DNA of 64,000 bases from the NCBI GenBank assembly GCA_036495605.1, contig DASXMO010000145.1, forward strand, positions 3,604 through 67,603. The letters are read 5' to 3'. This DNA comes from Solirubrobacteraceae bacterium. Its GTDB lineage: Bacteria > Actinomycetota > Thermoleophilia > Solirubrobacterales > Solirubrobacteraceae. Within the stretch, counting starts at the first letter, position 1. Each line of letters opens with the position of its first letter. The notes below the pieces were generated by a model. The model searched no databases, was not told the origin of the DNA, and was given only the letters and a program-made list of their open reading frames with translations. Below are positions 1 through 9,452 of this stretch, in pieces. The position numbers and the translations under genes were made by a program.

Positions 1-2
1 GC

Positions 3-518
3 GAGGCCGGTTATACGCGGGGCGCTCTGTATTACCAGTTCAAAGACAAGGAGGACCTTGCCCTGGCAGTGATCGAGTGGGTGAACGAGAACTGGACGCG
101 CGAGGTCGGCGCGCCGGCTGCACAACAACCTGATCCCGTTGCCGAGCTGCTGGTGCTGGCACGCGGCCACGCCGTCTTCTGCCGTCGCGACATTGCTCGC
201 GTCGTCATGGCGCTGCGGTTGGAGTTCGCCGGTCAAGACCATCCCGTCGGTCGCGAGACCGACAGGATCTGGGAGACCGGGGTCAAGCGCTGCGTCAAGC
301 TCATCAACGCCGGCCGCAAGGATGGCTCGATTCCACCGGGACCCCCTGCTCGAGCCGTAGCGCTCGGCCTGTTTGGCGCGCTCGAGGGAGCCGTGATCGC
401 ACTCGCCGGGCACGCGCCTCACGACGAGCTTCTGGCCGCACGCGTCGTCGAGGGAGCGCTGGGGATCGACAACGATCGAGCGGATGTGGCACCAGCCACT
501 CTCGAGCACCGCCGATAA
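3..518 (+). CDS. TetR-family transcriptional regulator (5'-partial)
   Basis: Frame is open from the window edge and reads EAGYTRGALYYQFKDKEDL (TetR HTH), continuing into ORF 69..518. Confidence 0.85.
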   Translation, partial: EAGYTRGALYYQFKDKEDLALAVIEWVNENWTREVGAPAAQQPDPVAELLVLARGHAVFCRRDIARVVMALRLEFAGQDHPVGRETDRIWETGVKRCVKLINAGRKDGSIPPGPPARAVALGLFGALEGAVIALAGHAPHDELLAARVVEGALGIDNDRADVAPATLEHRR

Positions 519-640
519 CTTAACTGTAAACCTCGCACCGAACGTCGAGACCGCATAAGCGGGCAACGGTCGTGCGGCACGCCGCCTAACAGAGGTAAGT
601 CACCGGGCCCAGCTCCTCGCGTCTGCGCAATCATCCCCGC

Positions 641-1432
641 GTGACTCTGCTTGCCGTCAAGCTGCTGCTCGCCCCCGCCTTCGTCGTCGGAGCCTCGCTC
701 GCCGCCCGCCGCTTCGGACCGCGGATCGGCGGCCTGATCGGCGGACTGCCGGTCGTCGCCGGCCCGATCCTGCTCGCTTACGCGCTTGCCCACGGGCGCG
801 AGTTCGCAGCCACCGCCGCCACGGCGACTCTGCTTGGTCTCGTCTCGTTGATCACCTTCGTCGTCGTCTACGGTCGCCTCGCCTCCCGCTTCTTCTGGGG
901 TGCGAGCATGCTCGTGGGCTGGCTCGCCTTCGCCGGCGCGACCGTCGGCTTCAGCACGCTCTCGCTGCCCGCCGGCGTCGCCCTCGGCGTCGCGGTCACG
1001 GCGCTGCTGGTCGGGCTCGCCTCGCTCCCTCGTCCCGGCGAAAACCTGAGCGCGGATGCCACGCCTCCCACCTGGGATCTCCCGATGCGAGCGATGTGCG
1101 CGCTCGTGCTCGTGCTGACGCTCACCGCCGTGGCTGGCTGGCTCGGCCCACAGCTCAGCGGACTGCTCGCGCCCTTCCCGATCATCGCGACCGTGCTGGC
1201 CACCTTCACCCACGCCCAGCACGGCACCGACGACCTGCTCAGGCTGCTGCGTGGACTGCTCAGCGGGTTCGGTGCATTCGCGGTGTTCTGCTTCACCTTG
1301 GCGATCGCGCTGCATCGACTGGACACCGCGGCCGCATTCGCCCTCGCCACCGCACTGGCGTTGCTCATCCAGAGTGCGGTGCACATGCTCCTACGCGAGG
1401 AGCCCGCTCCGCCCGCGCTTGCGGAGTCCTGA
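641..1432 (+). CDS. Polytopic membrane protein with an internal two-fold repeat (DUF3147-like)
   Basis: Hydrophobic 263 aa ORF; the GPRIGGLIGGLPVV and GPQLSGLLAPFPII segments look like repeat halves. Confidence 0.6.
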   Translation: MTLLAVKLLLAPAFVVGASLAARRFGPRIGGLIGGLPVVAGPILLAYALAHGREFAATAATATLLGLVSLITFVVVYGRLASRFFWGASMLVGWLAFAGATVGFSTLSLPAGVALGVAVTALLVGLASLPRPGENLSADATPPTWDLPMRAMCALVLVLTLTAVAGWLGPQLSGLLAPFPIIATVLATFTHAQHGTDDLLRLLRGLLSGFGAFAVFCFTLAIALHRLDTAAAFALATALALLIQSAVHMLLREEPAPPALAES

Positions 1433-1435
1433 CAG

Positions 1436-2344
1436 TCAGGAGCGATCTGCGCCCACGCCCTCGACGTGCTCCAGGAAGTGCCGCAGCACTCCCGCCGGAT
1501 CCTCGATCTGGGGCCAGTGTCCGATTGTCGGATCGAGCATGACCACATCGGGATCGGGGATCACCTCGAGGTAGCGCTCGGCCATGTGCCGGCCAGAGTT
1601 GGGGTCGCAGGGACCGTCGATCAGCCTCATCGGCACCCGCGTCTCGCGCATCGCCCGCACCCAGCGATTGCGGTGGCGCTCGCGGTCGATCACGAACCGT
1701 CCCACCAGGTGGGTGACGCGCTTGCCGTCGTTGTACTCGAGGATCTCGTGGAACCTCTCCATCAACTCCGGCGAGGGCTTGGTGTGCGGACCGAACATCT
1801 CCTCGATCGTGCGCGTCGTCAGACTCCGCATCGCCGAGGTGTCGCGAAATCTCGCCGCCACGGCGCCCAGCGGGGTCTTCGACGCCAGCTTCTGCGCGAA
1901 CCGCGGCGTGTAGGCCTCGTAGAACATCCCGCCGTTGAGCCACGTGATCGAGTCGATCCGCGGTGCCCGCGCCGCCTCCGGGGCTTTCTCGTGCCGTGCC
2001 AAAAGCTCCTGCACCACTGAGTCCCCCACGTCATGACACAGCACGTGGCACTCCTCGACGCCGCACTCCCTCAGCAGGGCCTCGTGCATGTCGGCGTGAT
2101 CGTGCACCGAGTACTCGTAGGCGACGGGCTTCTCCGAGAAACCCATGCCTAGCATGTCCGGGGCGATCACCGTGAACCGCTTCGTCAGCTCCGGCCAGAT
2201 CTCAGTCCAGTCGTAGGAGTTGAACGGATACCCGTGCACGAGCAGGAGGTTCGGCCCCGCGCCTTCGCGACGGAAGAACACCTTGAACCCGAGGTAGTCG
2301 AAGTACTCACCCCGCTGCTTCCACTGCTCCAGATCGGCATGCAC
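1436..2344 (-). CDS. Alpha/beta hydrolase (epoxide hydrolase/MEST-like)
   Basis: LVHGYP motif, HDVG nucleophile elbow and GHWPQIE catalytic His; GTG start chosen at 2344. Confidence 0.8.
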   Translation of the reverse strand: MHADLEQWKQRGEYFDYLGFKVFFRREGAGPNLLLVHGYPFNSYDWTEIWPELTKRFTVIAPDMLGMGFSEKPVAYEYSVHDHADMHEALLRECGVEECHVLCHDVGDSVVQELLARHEKAPEAARAPRIDSITWLNGGMFYEAYTPRFAQKLASKTPLGAVAARFRDTSAMRSLTTRTIEEMFGPHTKPSPELMERFHEILEYNDGKRVTHLVGRFVIDRERHRNRWVRAMRETRVPMRLIDGPCDPNSGRHMAERYLEVIPDPDVVMLDPTIGHWPQIEDPAGVLRHFLEHVEGVGADRS

Positions 2345-2474
2345 GATTGATCTGCACTGTATCCGCCCAATCAGGCCCCGCCTGAAAATGCGCAGACCGG
2401 TTCGAGGTGAGGAAGACCGGCCCCAGGACAGGACACGGATCAAGTCCGGAGTGGGACGCACGCCAAACCCCGTA

Positions 2475-2493
2475 TTAGGGCACCCTAACTACA
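2475..2493 (+). promoter_or_regulatory. DtxR/IdeR-family operator-like palindrome
   Basis: TTAGGG-CA-CCCTAA inverted repeat (13/19 match to TTAGGTTAGCCTAACCTAA), about 100 bp upstream of an iron ABC transporter. Confidence 0.6.
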
Positions 2494-2589
2494 TGTGATA
2501 CCTTGCCGCTCCAATCCCGATCAAGCAGCTCGGGTATCGCCGACAAGCCGCCTCGCCTCGGGGCGATTCCACAGAGGAGACCTCAAGAC

Positions 2590-3666
2590 ATGCGCAACAT
2601 CAAGCTCTCGATCGCCGCGGCGGCGATGCTCGCAGCGACCCTCACGCTCGCCGCGTGCGGCAGTTCCGGCGACTCCTCGACTGGGGCCACGAGCACTTCG
2701 AGCAGCACATCGCCCACCACGGGCTCGCTCGCGGGTCAATCGATCACGGTCTACAACGGCCAGCACGAACAGACCACGGCAAAGCTCGTCAGCGCGTTTG
2801 AGAAGCGCACGGGAGTGAAGGTGAGCGTGCGCTCCGACGACGAGGCTGAACTCGGCAATCAGATCATCCAGGAGGGGTCGAGCTCGCCGGCGGACGTCTT
2901 CTACACGGAGAACACTCCCGTGCTCGAACACCTGCGCGAGCAGGACCTGCTGGCCCACCTGCTCCCCACCACGCTCGCGGTCATCCCCGCGCGCTACAGC
3001 TCCGCGCAGGGAGATTGGGTGGGTGTCTCCGGACGCATGTCGGTACTCGTCTACAACACGAGCCAAATCTCGTCCGCCGAACTGCCGAACTCGATCCTCG
3101 CGCTCGCACAGCCACGGTGGAAAGGCAAGCTTGGGGTAGCCCCTTCCGAGACCGATTTCCAACCGCTGATCACCGCGATCGCCAAGCTCGATGGCGCGGC
3201 AGCGGCCGAAAAATGGCTCGAAGGCATCAAGGCCAACAGCAGGATCTACCCCGACAACGAGACGGTCGTCGCGCAGGTCAACAACGGCGAGAGCGCGATC
3301 GGGCTGATCAACCACTACTACTGGTATCGCCTGCGCACCGAGGTCGGACAGGGTGGTATCCATTCGGCGCTTCACTACTACGCCCCGCACGATCCCGGCG
3401 CCCTGCTCAACGTCTCCGGCGCAGCGGTGCTGAAGTCAAGCTCCCACCAAGCCGCGGCGCAGGCATTCGTAGCGTTTCTCGTGAGCGGGGAAGGACAGGA
3501 AGTGATCGCTCGCAGCGACAGCTTCGAGTACCCGCTGCGCCCGGGCGTGGGCGGAGCGAGCGTCCTGCGCCCGTTCGACCAGCTGCAGCCCGCGCCGATT
3601 ACTCTCTCGGAATTGGGCGATGGCAGCGCACCGCTGGCGCTCGAGCAGAAGCTCGGACTACTGTGA
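2590..3666 (+). CDS. Fe3+ ABC transporter substrate-binding lipoprotein (FbpA/AfuA/FutA family)
   Basis: AGAGGAG RBS, lipobox LAAC, and YNGQHEQ, SPADVF, GLINHYY motifs. Confidence 0.88.
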   Translation: MRNIKLSIAAAAMLAATLTLAACGSSGDSSTGATSTSSSTSPTTGSLAGQSITVYNGQHEQTTAKLVSAFEKRTGVKVSVRSDDEAELGNQIIQEGSSSPADVFYTENTPVLEHLREQDLLAHLLPTTLAVIPARYSSAQGDWVGVSGRMSVLVYNTSQISSAELPNSILALAQPRWKGKLGVAPSETDFQPLITAIAKLDGAAAAEKWLEGIKANSRIYPDNETVVAQVNNGESAIGLINHYYWYRLRTEVGQGGIHSALHYYAPHDPGALLNVSGAAVLKSSSHQAAAQAFVAFLVSGEGQEVIARSDSFEYPLRPGVGGASVLRPFDQLQPAPITLSELGDGSAPLALEQKLGLL

Positions 3667-3737
3667 TGCCCCAGTCACCGCCGACATCTCCGTTCGCGAT
3701 CTGCACTTAGATCCGGCGGACCGTCGATGCACAGCCG

Positions 3738-5333
3738 ATGAACACGCTCGCGCCCCCCCAGCCCCGTATCGAAAGCAGATGGGCGCGGGCCTTCTCACGC
3801 CGGCGCCGCCCGCCGCTGGTGACGATCCTCGGCGCGGCGATCGCCGCCGCGTTGGTGCTGTTGCCGCTGGTGTTCCTCGTGATCGAGGCGCAGCAGTCTG
3901 GATGGAGCGCGACATCGCAGCTGCTGCTGCGCCACAACACGGCCGTGCTGCTGTGGAACACGTTGCGCCTCGTGGTGGCGAGCACGGCGCTGTGCGCGGT
4001 GATCGGAGTGGCCGCCGCCTGGTGCATAGAGCGCACGACGATCCCCGCCCGCCGCGTGTGGGCGGTGCTGCTGGTGCTGCCGTTGGGCATCCCCGACTTC
4101 GTGATCGGCTTCGGCTGGGTCTCCCTCGATCACAGCCTGCAGGGATACAAGGCGGCGGTGATGATCATGACGCTCTCGCTGTACCCGCTCGTGTACCTGC
4201 CCGCGGTCGCGGGCCTGGCCGGCGCCGACCCGGCGCTCGAGGAGGTCGCCCGCAGTCTCGGACTCGGACCGTGGAGAGTCTTCTGGAAGGTCACGCTGCG
4301 CCAGATGCTGCCGGCGGTGCTCGGCGGCTGCCTGCTCGTGACGCTCGGGTTGCTGGCCGAGTACGGAGCCTTCGAGATCGTCCAGTATCAGACCTTCACG
4401 GTGGCGATCTTCACAGAGTTCAAGCTCGGCTTTGACACCGCCGCCGCCTGCGCCCTCTCACTCGTGCTGGTCGCGCTCGGGATCGCCGCGCTCGCGGGCG
4501 AGCTGCCGCTGGTTCGCCGCGGGCGCTGGACGCGCAGCGGTCAAGGAGCCCGTCGCGTGAGCGCACGAGTGCGGCTGAGGCGCCGCTGGGCGATCCTCGC
4601 CTCGCTCGGCCTGTTCGCGCTGTGCGGGCTCGCACTCGGGGTGCCGCTCGGCGCGCTCGTCTACTGGCTCATCCACGGTGGCTCGACGACGCTGCCGCCG
4701 GCGTCGATCCTCACCGACGCTGCCCACACGGCGGAGTTCAGCGCTGCCGCCGCCGCGCTGGCCACGATCCTCGCGATCCCCGTGACGGCCGCGGCGATGC
4801 GCCATCGCAACCGCCTGACGATCTCGATCGAGCGCCTCGCGCTCCTGCCCCAGGCGCTCCCAGGGCTGGTCGTCGCGCTCGGGCTGGTCTCATTCACCGT
4901 GCGCTATGCGCTGCCGCTCTACGAGAGCGCGCTCGAGCTGATCGTCGCCTACGCGATCCTGTTCCTGCCGCTCGCCGTGGTGGGGGTGCGCGCGGGTCTC
5001 GCACACGCGCCGCCGCGCCTGGAGGAGGTGGGACGCTCGCTCGGGCGCCGGCCCGCGGCAGTGTGGCTGCGGGTGACCCTCCCACTTATGGCTCCGGGCC
5101 TGGGCGTCGCCTTCTCGCTCGTGTTCATCTCCTCCTGCACCGAGCTCACCGCCACGCTGCTCCTGCGACCTACCGGCGTGGACACGCTCGCCACGCAGTT
5201 CTGGGCGTACACGAGCGACTTCTCCTACGGCGCCGCGGCTCCCTACGCGGGGCTGATGGTGCTGATCTCGGCGCTCCCCGCCTACGTGCTCAGCCAGCGT
5301 ATGGCCACACTTGCCCGCAGGGGTCGGACATGA
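3738..5333 (+). CDS. Fe3+ ABC transporter permease (FbpB family, two TM modules)
   Basis: Two EAA-like loops (LEEVARSLG, LEEVGRSLG); lies between the binding protein and the ATPase. Confidence 0.88.
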   Translation: MNTLAPPQPRIESRWARAFSRRRRPPLVTILGAAIAAALVLLPLVFLVIEAQQSGWSATSQLLLRHNTAVLLWNTLRLVVASTALCAVIGVAAAWCIERTTIPARRVWAVLLVLPLGIPDFVIGFGWVSLDHSLQGYKAAVMIMTLSLYPLVYLPAVAGLAGADPALEEVARSLGLGPWRVFWKVTLRQMLPAVLGGCLLVTLGLLAEYGAFEIVQYQTFTVAIFTEFKLGFDTAAACALSLVLVALGIAALAGELPLVRRGRWTRSGQGARRVSARVRLRRRWAILASLGLFALCGLALGVPLGALVYWLIHGGSTTLPPASILTDAAHTAEFSAAAAALATILAIPVTAAAMRHRNRLTISIERLALLPQALPGLVVALGLVSFTVRYALPLYESALELIVAYAILFLPLAVVGVRAGLAHAPPRLEEVGRSLGRRPAAVWLRVTLPLMAPGLGVAFSLVFISSCTELTATLLLRPTGVDTLATQFWAYTSDFSYGAAAPYAGLMVLISALPAYVLSQRMATLARRGRT

Positions 5334-6517
5334 GCTCGCGCGAGATCCCGACGCCGCGTGCGCAAGCGGAGACCTCGCATGGGGTCCCGATGACGCACAC
5401 GGGAGCGGTGACCTCGAATGAGACCGCGGCCATGCCCGCGGGCGGGGGGAGCGACCTGTGGGTGCTCGACCTGTGGAAGGGCTACGGCACGAGTGCGCCA
5501 CCGGTGCTGCAGGGCGTCAATCTGAGCATTCCAGCAGGATCGCTGGTCGCCGTGCTGGGCCTCTCGGGCTGTGGCAAGACGACGCTGCTGCGAGCGATCG
5601 CCGGCTTCGAGCGGGTCCAGCGCGGACGCATCGCGCTGGGGACACGCACGCTCGACGACGGGCATCGCATCTACGTGCCGCCGGAGCGCCGCGGCATCGG
5701 CTACGTGCCCCAGGAAGGCGCGCTGTTCCCCAACCTCACCGTCCGTGCCAACATCGCCTTCGGCCTCTCGCGGGCCCAGCGCCGCACCGATGTGGTGCGG
5801 GAATTGCTTGCGCTCGTCGGGCTCGAGCACCTGGCTGCGCGCTACCCGCACCAGCTCTCCGGCGGCGAGCAGCAGCGGGTCGCGCTCGCCCGTGCGCTCG
5901 CCCGCAGCCCCGAGGTGCTGCTCCTGGACGAGCCCTTCTCCTCGCTCGACGCCTCCCTGCGCGGCACCGTGCGCGAGGAAGTTACCGCGCTGCTGCGCGC
6001 CCGTGGCGCGACCACGGTGCTCGTCACCCATGACCAGGAGGAGGCGCTTTCGCTGGCGGACTCGGTCGCGGTGCTGCGCGATGGGACGGTCGTCCAGCAG
6101 GGGACGCCAGACGAGCTCTACAGCACGCCGATCGATGCGCGCCTGGCGTCGTTCCTCGGCGCCGCCAATCTCGTGCAGGCCAGCTTCGAGGACGGCTGGG
6201 CGCAGACGGCGCTCGGTCGGCTGCAGCTCCGTCCCGATCCGGCGCGCGCGCCGGCGCTCCAGCGTGGGACGGTGATCGTGCGCCCCGAGCAACTGCGGGT
6301 GAGTTCCGGGGGCGAGTCGGCGGGTGGCCTGCCCGGAACGGTCGAGCGGTGCCGCTACTACGGGCACGACGCCCTGCTGTACATACGCACCTCCGACTCC
6401 GCCGACACGCAGGCCCTGATCGCGAGGGTGCGCGGCGAGCAGGCGCTGGCGAGCGGGACCGCCGTGCGGGTCAGCGCTCGCGGGCGCGTGAGCTCGGTCG
6501 CACCAGCGCACAGCTGA
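5330..6517 (+). CDS. Fe3+ ABC transporter ATP-binding protein (FbpC-like, TOBE C-terminus)
   Basis: Walker A GLSGCGKT, LSGGEQQR signature, LLLDEP Walker B; ATG overlaps the permease stop. True start may be later. Confidence 0.88.
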   Translation: MSSREIPTPRAQAETSHGVPMTHTGAVTSNETAAMPAGGGSDLWVLDLWKGYGTSAPPVLQGVNLSIPAGSLVAVLGLSGCGKTTLLRAIAGFERVQRGRIALGTRTLDDGHRIYVPPERRGIGYVPQEGALFPNLTVRANIAFGLSRAQRRTDVVRELLALVGLEHLAARYPHQLSGGEQQRVALARALARSPEVLLLDEPFSSLDASLRGTVREEVTALLRARGATTVLVTHDQEEALSLADSVAVLRDGTVVQQGTPDELYSTPIDARLASFLGAANLVQASFEDGWAQTALGRLQLRPDPARAPALQRGTVIVRPEQLRVSSGGESAGGLPGTVERCRYYGHDALLYIRTSDSADTQALIARVRGEQALASGTAVRVSARGRVSSVAPAHS

Positions 6518-6599
6518 AAGCGCTCGAGATCGCCGCGGATCGGCCCGCGAGGCGGATCAAGAACAGGCCGGCACGAAGGCCGAAAGCCGCGACGCCTAG

Positions 6600-7253
6600 C
6601 TAGGCCAACCCGAGCGCCATGAGCACCGCCGGATCGGCGAGGCTCTCGACGAGCAGGTCGCTTCCCGGCAGCTCGCTACCCGAGAAGTAAGGCACGCCGA
6701 TCACATACATGCCCGCGGCGGCCGCCGCCGTGACCCCGGTGATCGAGTCCTCCAGCGCCACAGCCGAGCCCGGCTCGACGCCCAAGCGCCGGCAGGCCTC
6801 CAGGTAGATGTCAGGCGCGGGCTTGGGCTCGGCGATGTCCTCCACCGAGACGACCGTCGCGAAGCGTCCGTCAAGCAGCCCCGCGACGCCGAGCGTGCGT
6901 TGCACGAACTCGCGCTGCGAGTTCGACGCCACCGCCACCGGCACGCCCGCGTCGCTCAGCCGTTCGAGCAGCACCAGCGCCCCCGCGCGCGGCTCGACGC
7001 CCGCGAGCGCCTCCTCCATCACGAGCTCGTGCAGCTCGTCCATCAGCGCCTCACCCTCACCGGCGCGCTCGAGCATCGCTTCCAGCTTCGCCGCGGCGGC
7101 AGCGCGCGCCGAGCCGATCAGCGAGCGCTTGTGCTCTTCGGTGAACACCCGGCCGCGACGCTCGAACAGCGTCACCTCGGCACGCGTCCACGCCTCCTCT
7201 GTGTCGAGCAGCAGCCCATCGTTGTCGAACACCGCCGCCGCGCGCCTGCCCAT
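6600..7253 (-). CDS. HAD-family phosphatase (CbbY/YfbT-like)
   Basis: FDNDGLLLDT motif I, KPAPDIY, and LEDS motif IV. Confidence 0.85.
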   Translation of the reverse strand: MGRRAAAVFDNDGLLLDTEEAWTRAEVTLFERRGRVFTEEHKRSLIGSARAAAAAKLEAMLERAGEGEALMDELHELVMEEALAGVEPRAGALVLLERLSDAGVPVAVASNSQREFVQRTLGVAGLLDGRFATVVSVEDIAEPKPAPDIYLEACRRLGVEPGSAVALEDSITGVTAAAAAGMYVIGVPYFSGSELPGSDLLVESLADPAVLMALGLA

Positions 7254-7263
7254 CTCCCCATCC

Positions 7264-7269
7264 TATGAT
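7264..7269 (+). promoter_or_regulatory. -10 element of a probable leaderless TrmH transcript
   Basis: TATGAT followed by 6 nt and then GTG; no SD. Confidence 0.5.
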
Positions 7270-7275
7270 CGGCCG

Positions 7276-8097
7276 GTGCCCAACGACTCGACCGACGGTT
7301 CGCTGATCCCCCGCTACGGGCGCGCGCGCCGCGACACCTCGCTGGCGGTGCTCGAGGGTCTGCACCCGCTCAAGCATGCGCTGCGGTTCGGTGCGGACGT
7401 ACTCGAGGCCCACTGCGCCGATCGCGAGGACCTGCAGCGACTCGCCGCCCAGCTCGCGCCCGACGTCTCCGAGCAGATGCTCGCGCTCGCGCGCGAGGTC
7501 CCGCCCGAGGTATTCGCCCAACTCGCGCCGCTGACACCCTCCACCGGCGTGATCGCGCTCGCGCGGCGCCTCGCAATCGACCCCGCCGCGGCGCTCGCCG
7601 ACCCCAATCCCGCGCCCGTCGTGCTCCTGGAGGATCCGCGCGACCTCGGCAACATGGGCGCCTGTGTGCGCGTGGCAGCCGCCGCCGACGCTGCCGCCGT
7701 GCTCAGCACCGGCGGTCACGACCCCTGGCATCCCGATGCCCTGCGCGGCGGCGCCGGCCTGCAATACGCGCTGCCGGTCGCGCGCCTGCCTCACGGACTC
7801 CCGCCCGCGCCCGAGCGTCCGCTGCTCGCGCTCGACCCCGACGGTGATCCCCTGGACCCGACGGCCCTACCGGCCCGCGCGATCCTCGCGTTTGGCACCG
7901 AGCGCCACGGGCTGAGCAAAGAGCTGCTTGCGTGCGCGGATGCGCGCATCGCGATTCCGATGCGCGCGGGCGTCTCGAGCCTCAACCTCGCCACGTCCGT
8001 CGCCGCCGTCCTGTTTGCCTGGCGCCTGCACCCCCACGCCGGCGCGGCCCCACAGTCCGCCGCGCCCGGCAACGGCAGCGGCAACGGCGGACTCTGA
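7276..8097 (+). CDS. TrmH/SpoU-family RNA methyltransferase
   Basis: LEDPRDLGNMGACVR, FGTERHGLS, IPMRAGVSSLNLATS motifs; GTG lies 6 nt after TATGAT (leaderless). Confidence 0.85.
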   Translation: MPNDSTDGSLIPRYGRARRDTSLAVLEGLHPLKHALRFGADVLEAHCADREDLQRLAAQLAPDVSEQMLALAREVPPEVFAQLAPLTPSTGVIALARRLAIDPAAALADPNPAPVVLLEDPRDLGNMGACVRVAAAADAAAVLSTGGHDPWHPDALRGGAGLQYALPVARLPHGLPPAPERPLLALDPDGDPLDPTALPARAILAFGTERHGLSKELLACADARIAIPMRAGVSSLNLATSVAAVLFAWRLHPHAGAAPQSAAPGNGSGNGGL

Positions 8098-8109
8098 TTC
8101 GCCCGAAGG

Positions 8110-8781
8110 CTAGGCGGCCTCGACGGCCACCCGCGCCTGCACTCCGTCGAGCAGCTCCCAGTTGCCCGCGAGCGCATCCTGCGCGCGCGCGATCATCCGC
8201 CGGGCGATCGCCTCGCCCTCTGGGTGCTCGGCCAGCAGCTCCTCGATCAGCTCACCTGCCTGGCGCGCGTGCTCGACGTCCAGCCGCTCGTGCAGCGTGA
8301 AGTACTCGACCGCGGGCCCTTCGGCGACGTAGCCGTAGTGCTCGGTAAGTCCCTCGAGCTTGGTCCGCGAGATCGCCGGCTGGCTGGCCTCGATCGCGTA
8401 CAGCACCGCCAGGTGCTCGAGCGCATCTGATCCGGCCGTCCACGCCTGCACGCACGCCTGCGTCTGCGCCGTGGGCTCCCGCGACCCGTCCTCGGAGCCC
8501 GCGTCCCGGGCGCGAGCGGCACGGGCGAACTCGTCCCACAGCGCCACGTGCGCGTGCTCCTCGGCAGCATGGCGTTCCAGCCCCGCGCGGTGCTCGGGCC
8601 CAGCCTTCGCGGCCACCTGCGCGGACGCGTCCGCGAGCGCGAGCACGGCATGGCGGTACTCGCCCACGTACACGCTCAGCTCCCGCGCGCTCAGCTCGCC
8701 GGCGCTCCAGCGCTCGTAGAACGGGTGCTCGAGCACGTTCGTCGCACTCCTCGCCTCGTCGAGCCTCCTCAACACGTCCAT
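8110..8781 (-). CDS. CADD/PqqC-like heme-oxygenase-fold diiron enzyme (CADD-type pABA synthase candidate)
   Basis: HPFYERWSAGEL, EEHAHVALW, YAIE, RTKLEGL, HERLDVEH motifs. Confidence 0.75.
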   Translation of the reverse strand: MDVLRRLDEARSATNVLEHPFYERWSAGELSARELSVYVGEYRHAVLALADASAQVAAKAGPEHRAGLERHAAEEHAHVALWDEFARAARARDAGSEDGSREPTAQTQACVQAWTAGSDALEHLAVLYAIEASQPAISRTKLEGLTEHYGYVAEGPAVEYFTLHERLDVEHARQAGELIEELLAEHPEGEAIARRMIARAQDALAGNWELLDGVQARVAVEAA

Positions 8782-8959
8782 ATCGCCGATCCTCTCTTTG
8801 GTCAGGTACCGATGTTTAGCGTCCGCCCGATGGGGGTATGTCGGGTCCTACGTCGAAGTATTGCGGACATAGCGGATTCCACTCGGGCGCGTCCCTGGAC
8901 TTACGTCCAGCGCTTGTGCGAGTGTCCACAAGGGAGAGCGACTGCGGAGGGCAGACGCG

Positions 8960-9334
8960 GTGATTTCGTCCACATCCATTCTGGTCGCAGCGCTCGGCCT
9001 CATCGGGTTGGGAGTCGTGTTTGCTCTAGCCCTCGGCAAAGCGGCTGCGCGGGGGGATGCCCAACTCCACTGCCACGACCTGCGTGCACTGGACGACCTG
9101 CACGCGCTGGACCTGCGCGAATTCGGCGCGGCCGTGGAGCCTCGGCGCGAGAGCTACGCCGGCGAGAGCTACGCCGGGTTAGCGCTCGCCCAATCGACGA
9201 TCGCCCGCGAGCCGTCGAGTACCGTGCCGTCGTCGAGCAGGAGCGTCGGCACCCAGCGATCGCCCGTCAACTCCTTCACCTCACGCCGTCCGCGCGTGCG
9301 GTTGAACACGCCCGGCAGCGGCGCCAGGCCGTAG
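8960..9334 (+). CDS. Small membrane-anchored hypothetical protein overlapping the next gene in antisense
   Basis: GGAGG 9 nt upstream of GTG; N-terminal TM helix; 3' half may be a shadow of 9169..9450. Confidence 0.4.
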   Translation: MISSTSILVAALGLIGLGVVFALALGKAAARGDAQLHCHDLRALDDLHALDLREFGAAVEPRRESYAGESYAGLALAQSTIAREPSSTVPSSSRSVGTQRSPVNSFTSRRPRVRLNTPGSGARP

Positions 9335-9450
9335 GACTTCACGATCTCCGGTTCATAGCCCGCCTGCTCGAGCGCGAGGCAGGCGTTACGGCATGGGTGT
9401 CCGCCCGGTCGAGGGGTCGCGAAGGTCCCCCAGCAGACGTACAACTTCAT
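9169..9450 (-). CDS. Glutaredoxin/GST-N-like thioredoxin-fold protein
   Basis: MKLYVC...HPC and TGDRWVPTLLLDDGTVLDGSRAI (cis-Pro loop VP and GST-N ES-like segment). Confidence 0.7.
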   Translation of the reverse strand: MKLYVCWGTFATPRPGGHPCRNACLALEQAGYEPEIVKSYGLAPLPGVFNRTRGRREVKELTGDRWVPTLLLDDGTVLDGSRAIVDWASANPA

Positions 9451-9452
9451 CG

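Noticed and set aside
8872-8884. 13-mer TGCGGACATAGCG shared with the 45.46 kb region
   Set aside because: No extended similarity; a match this short is near chance level in 64 kb.
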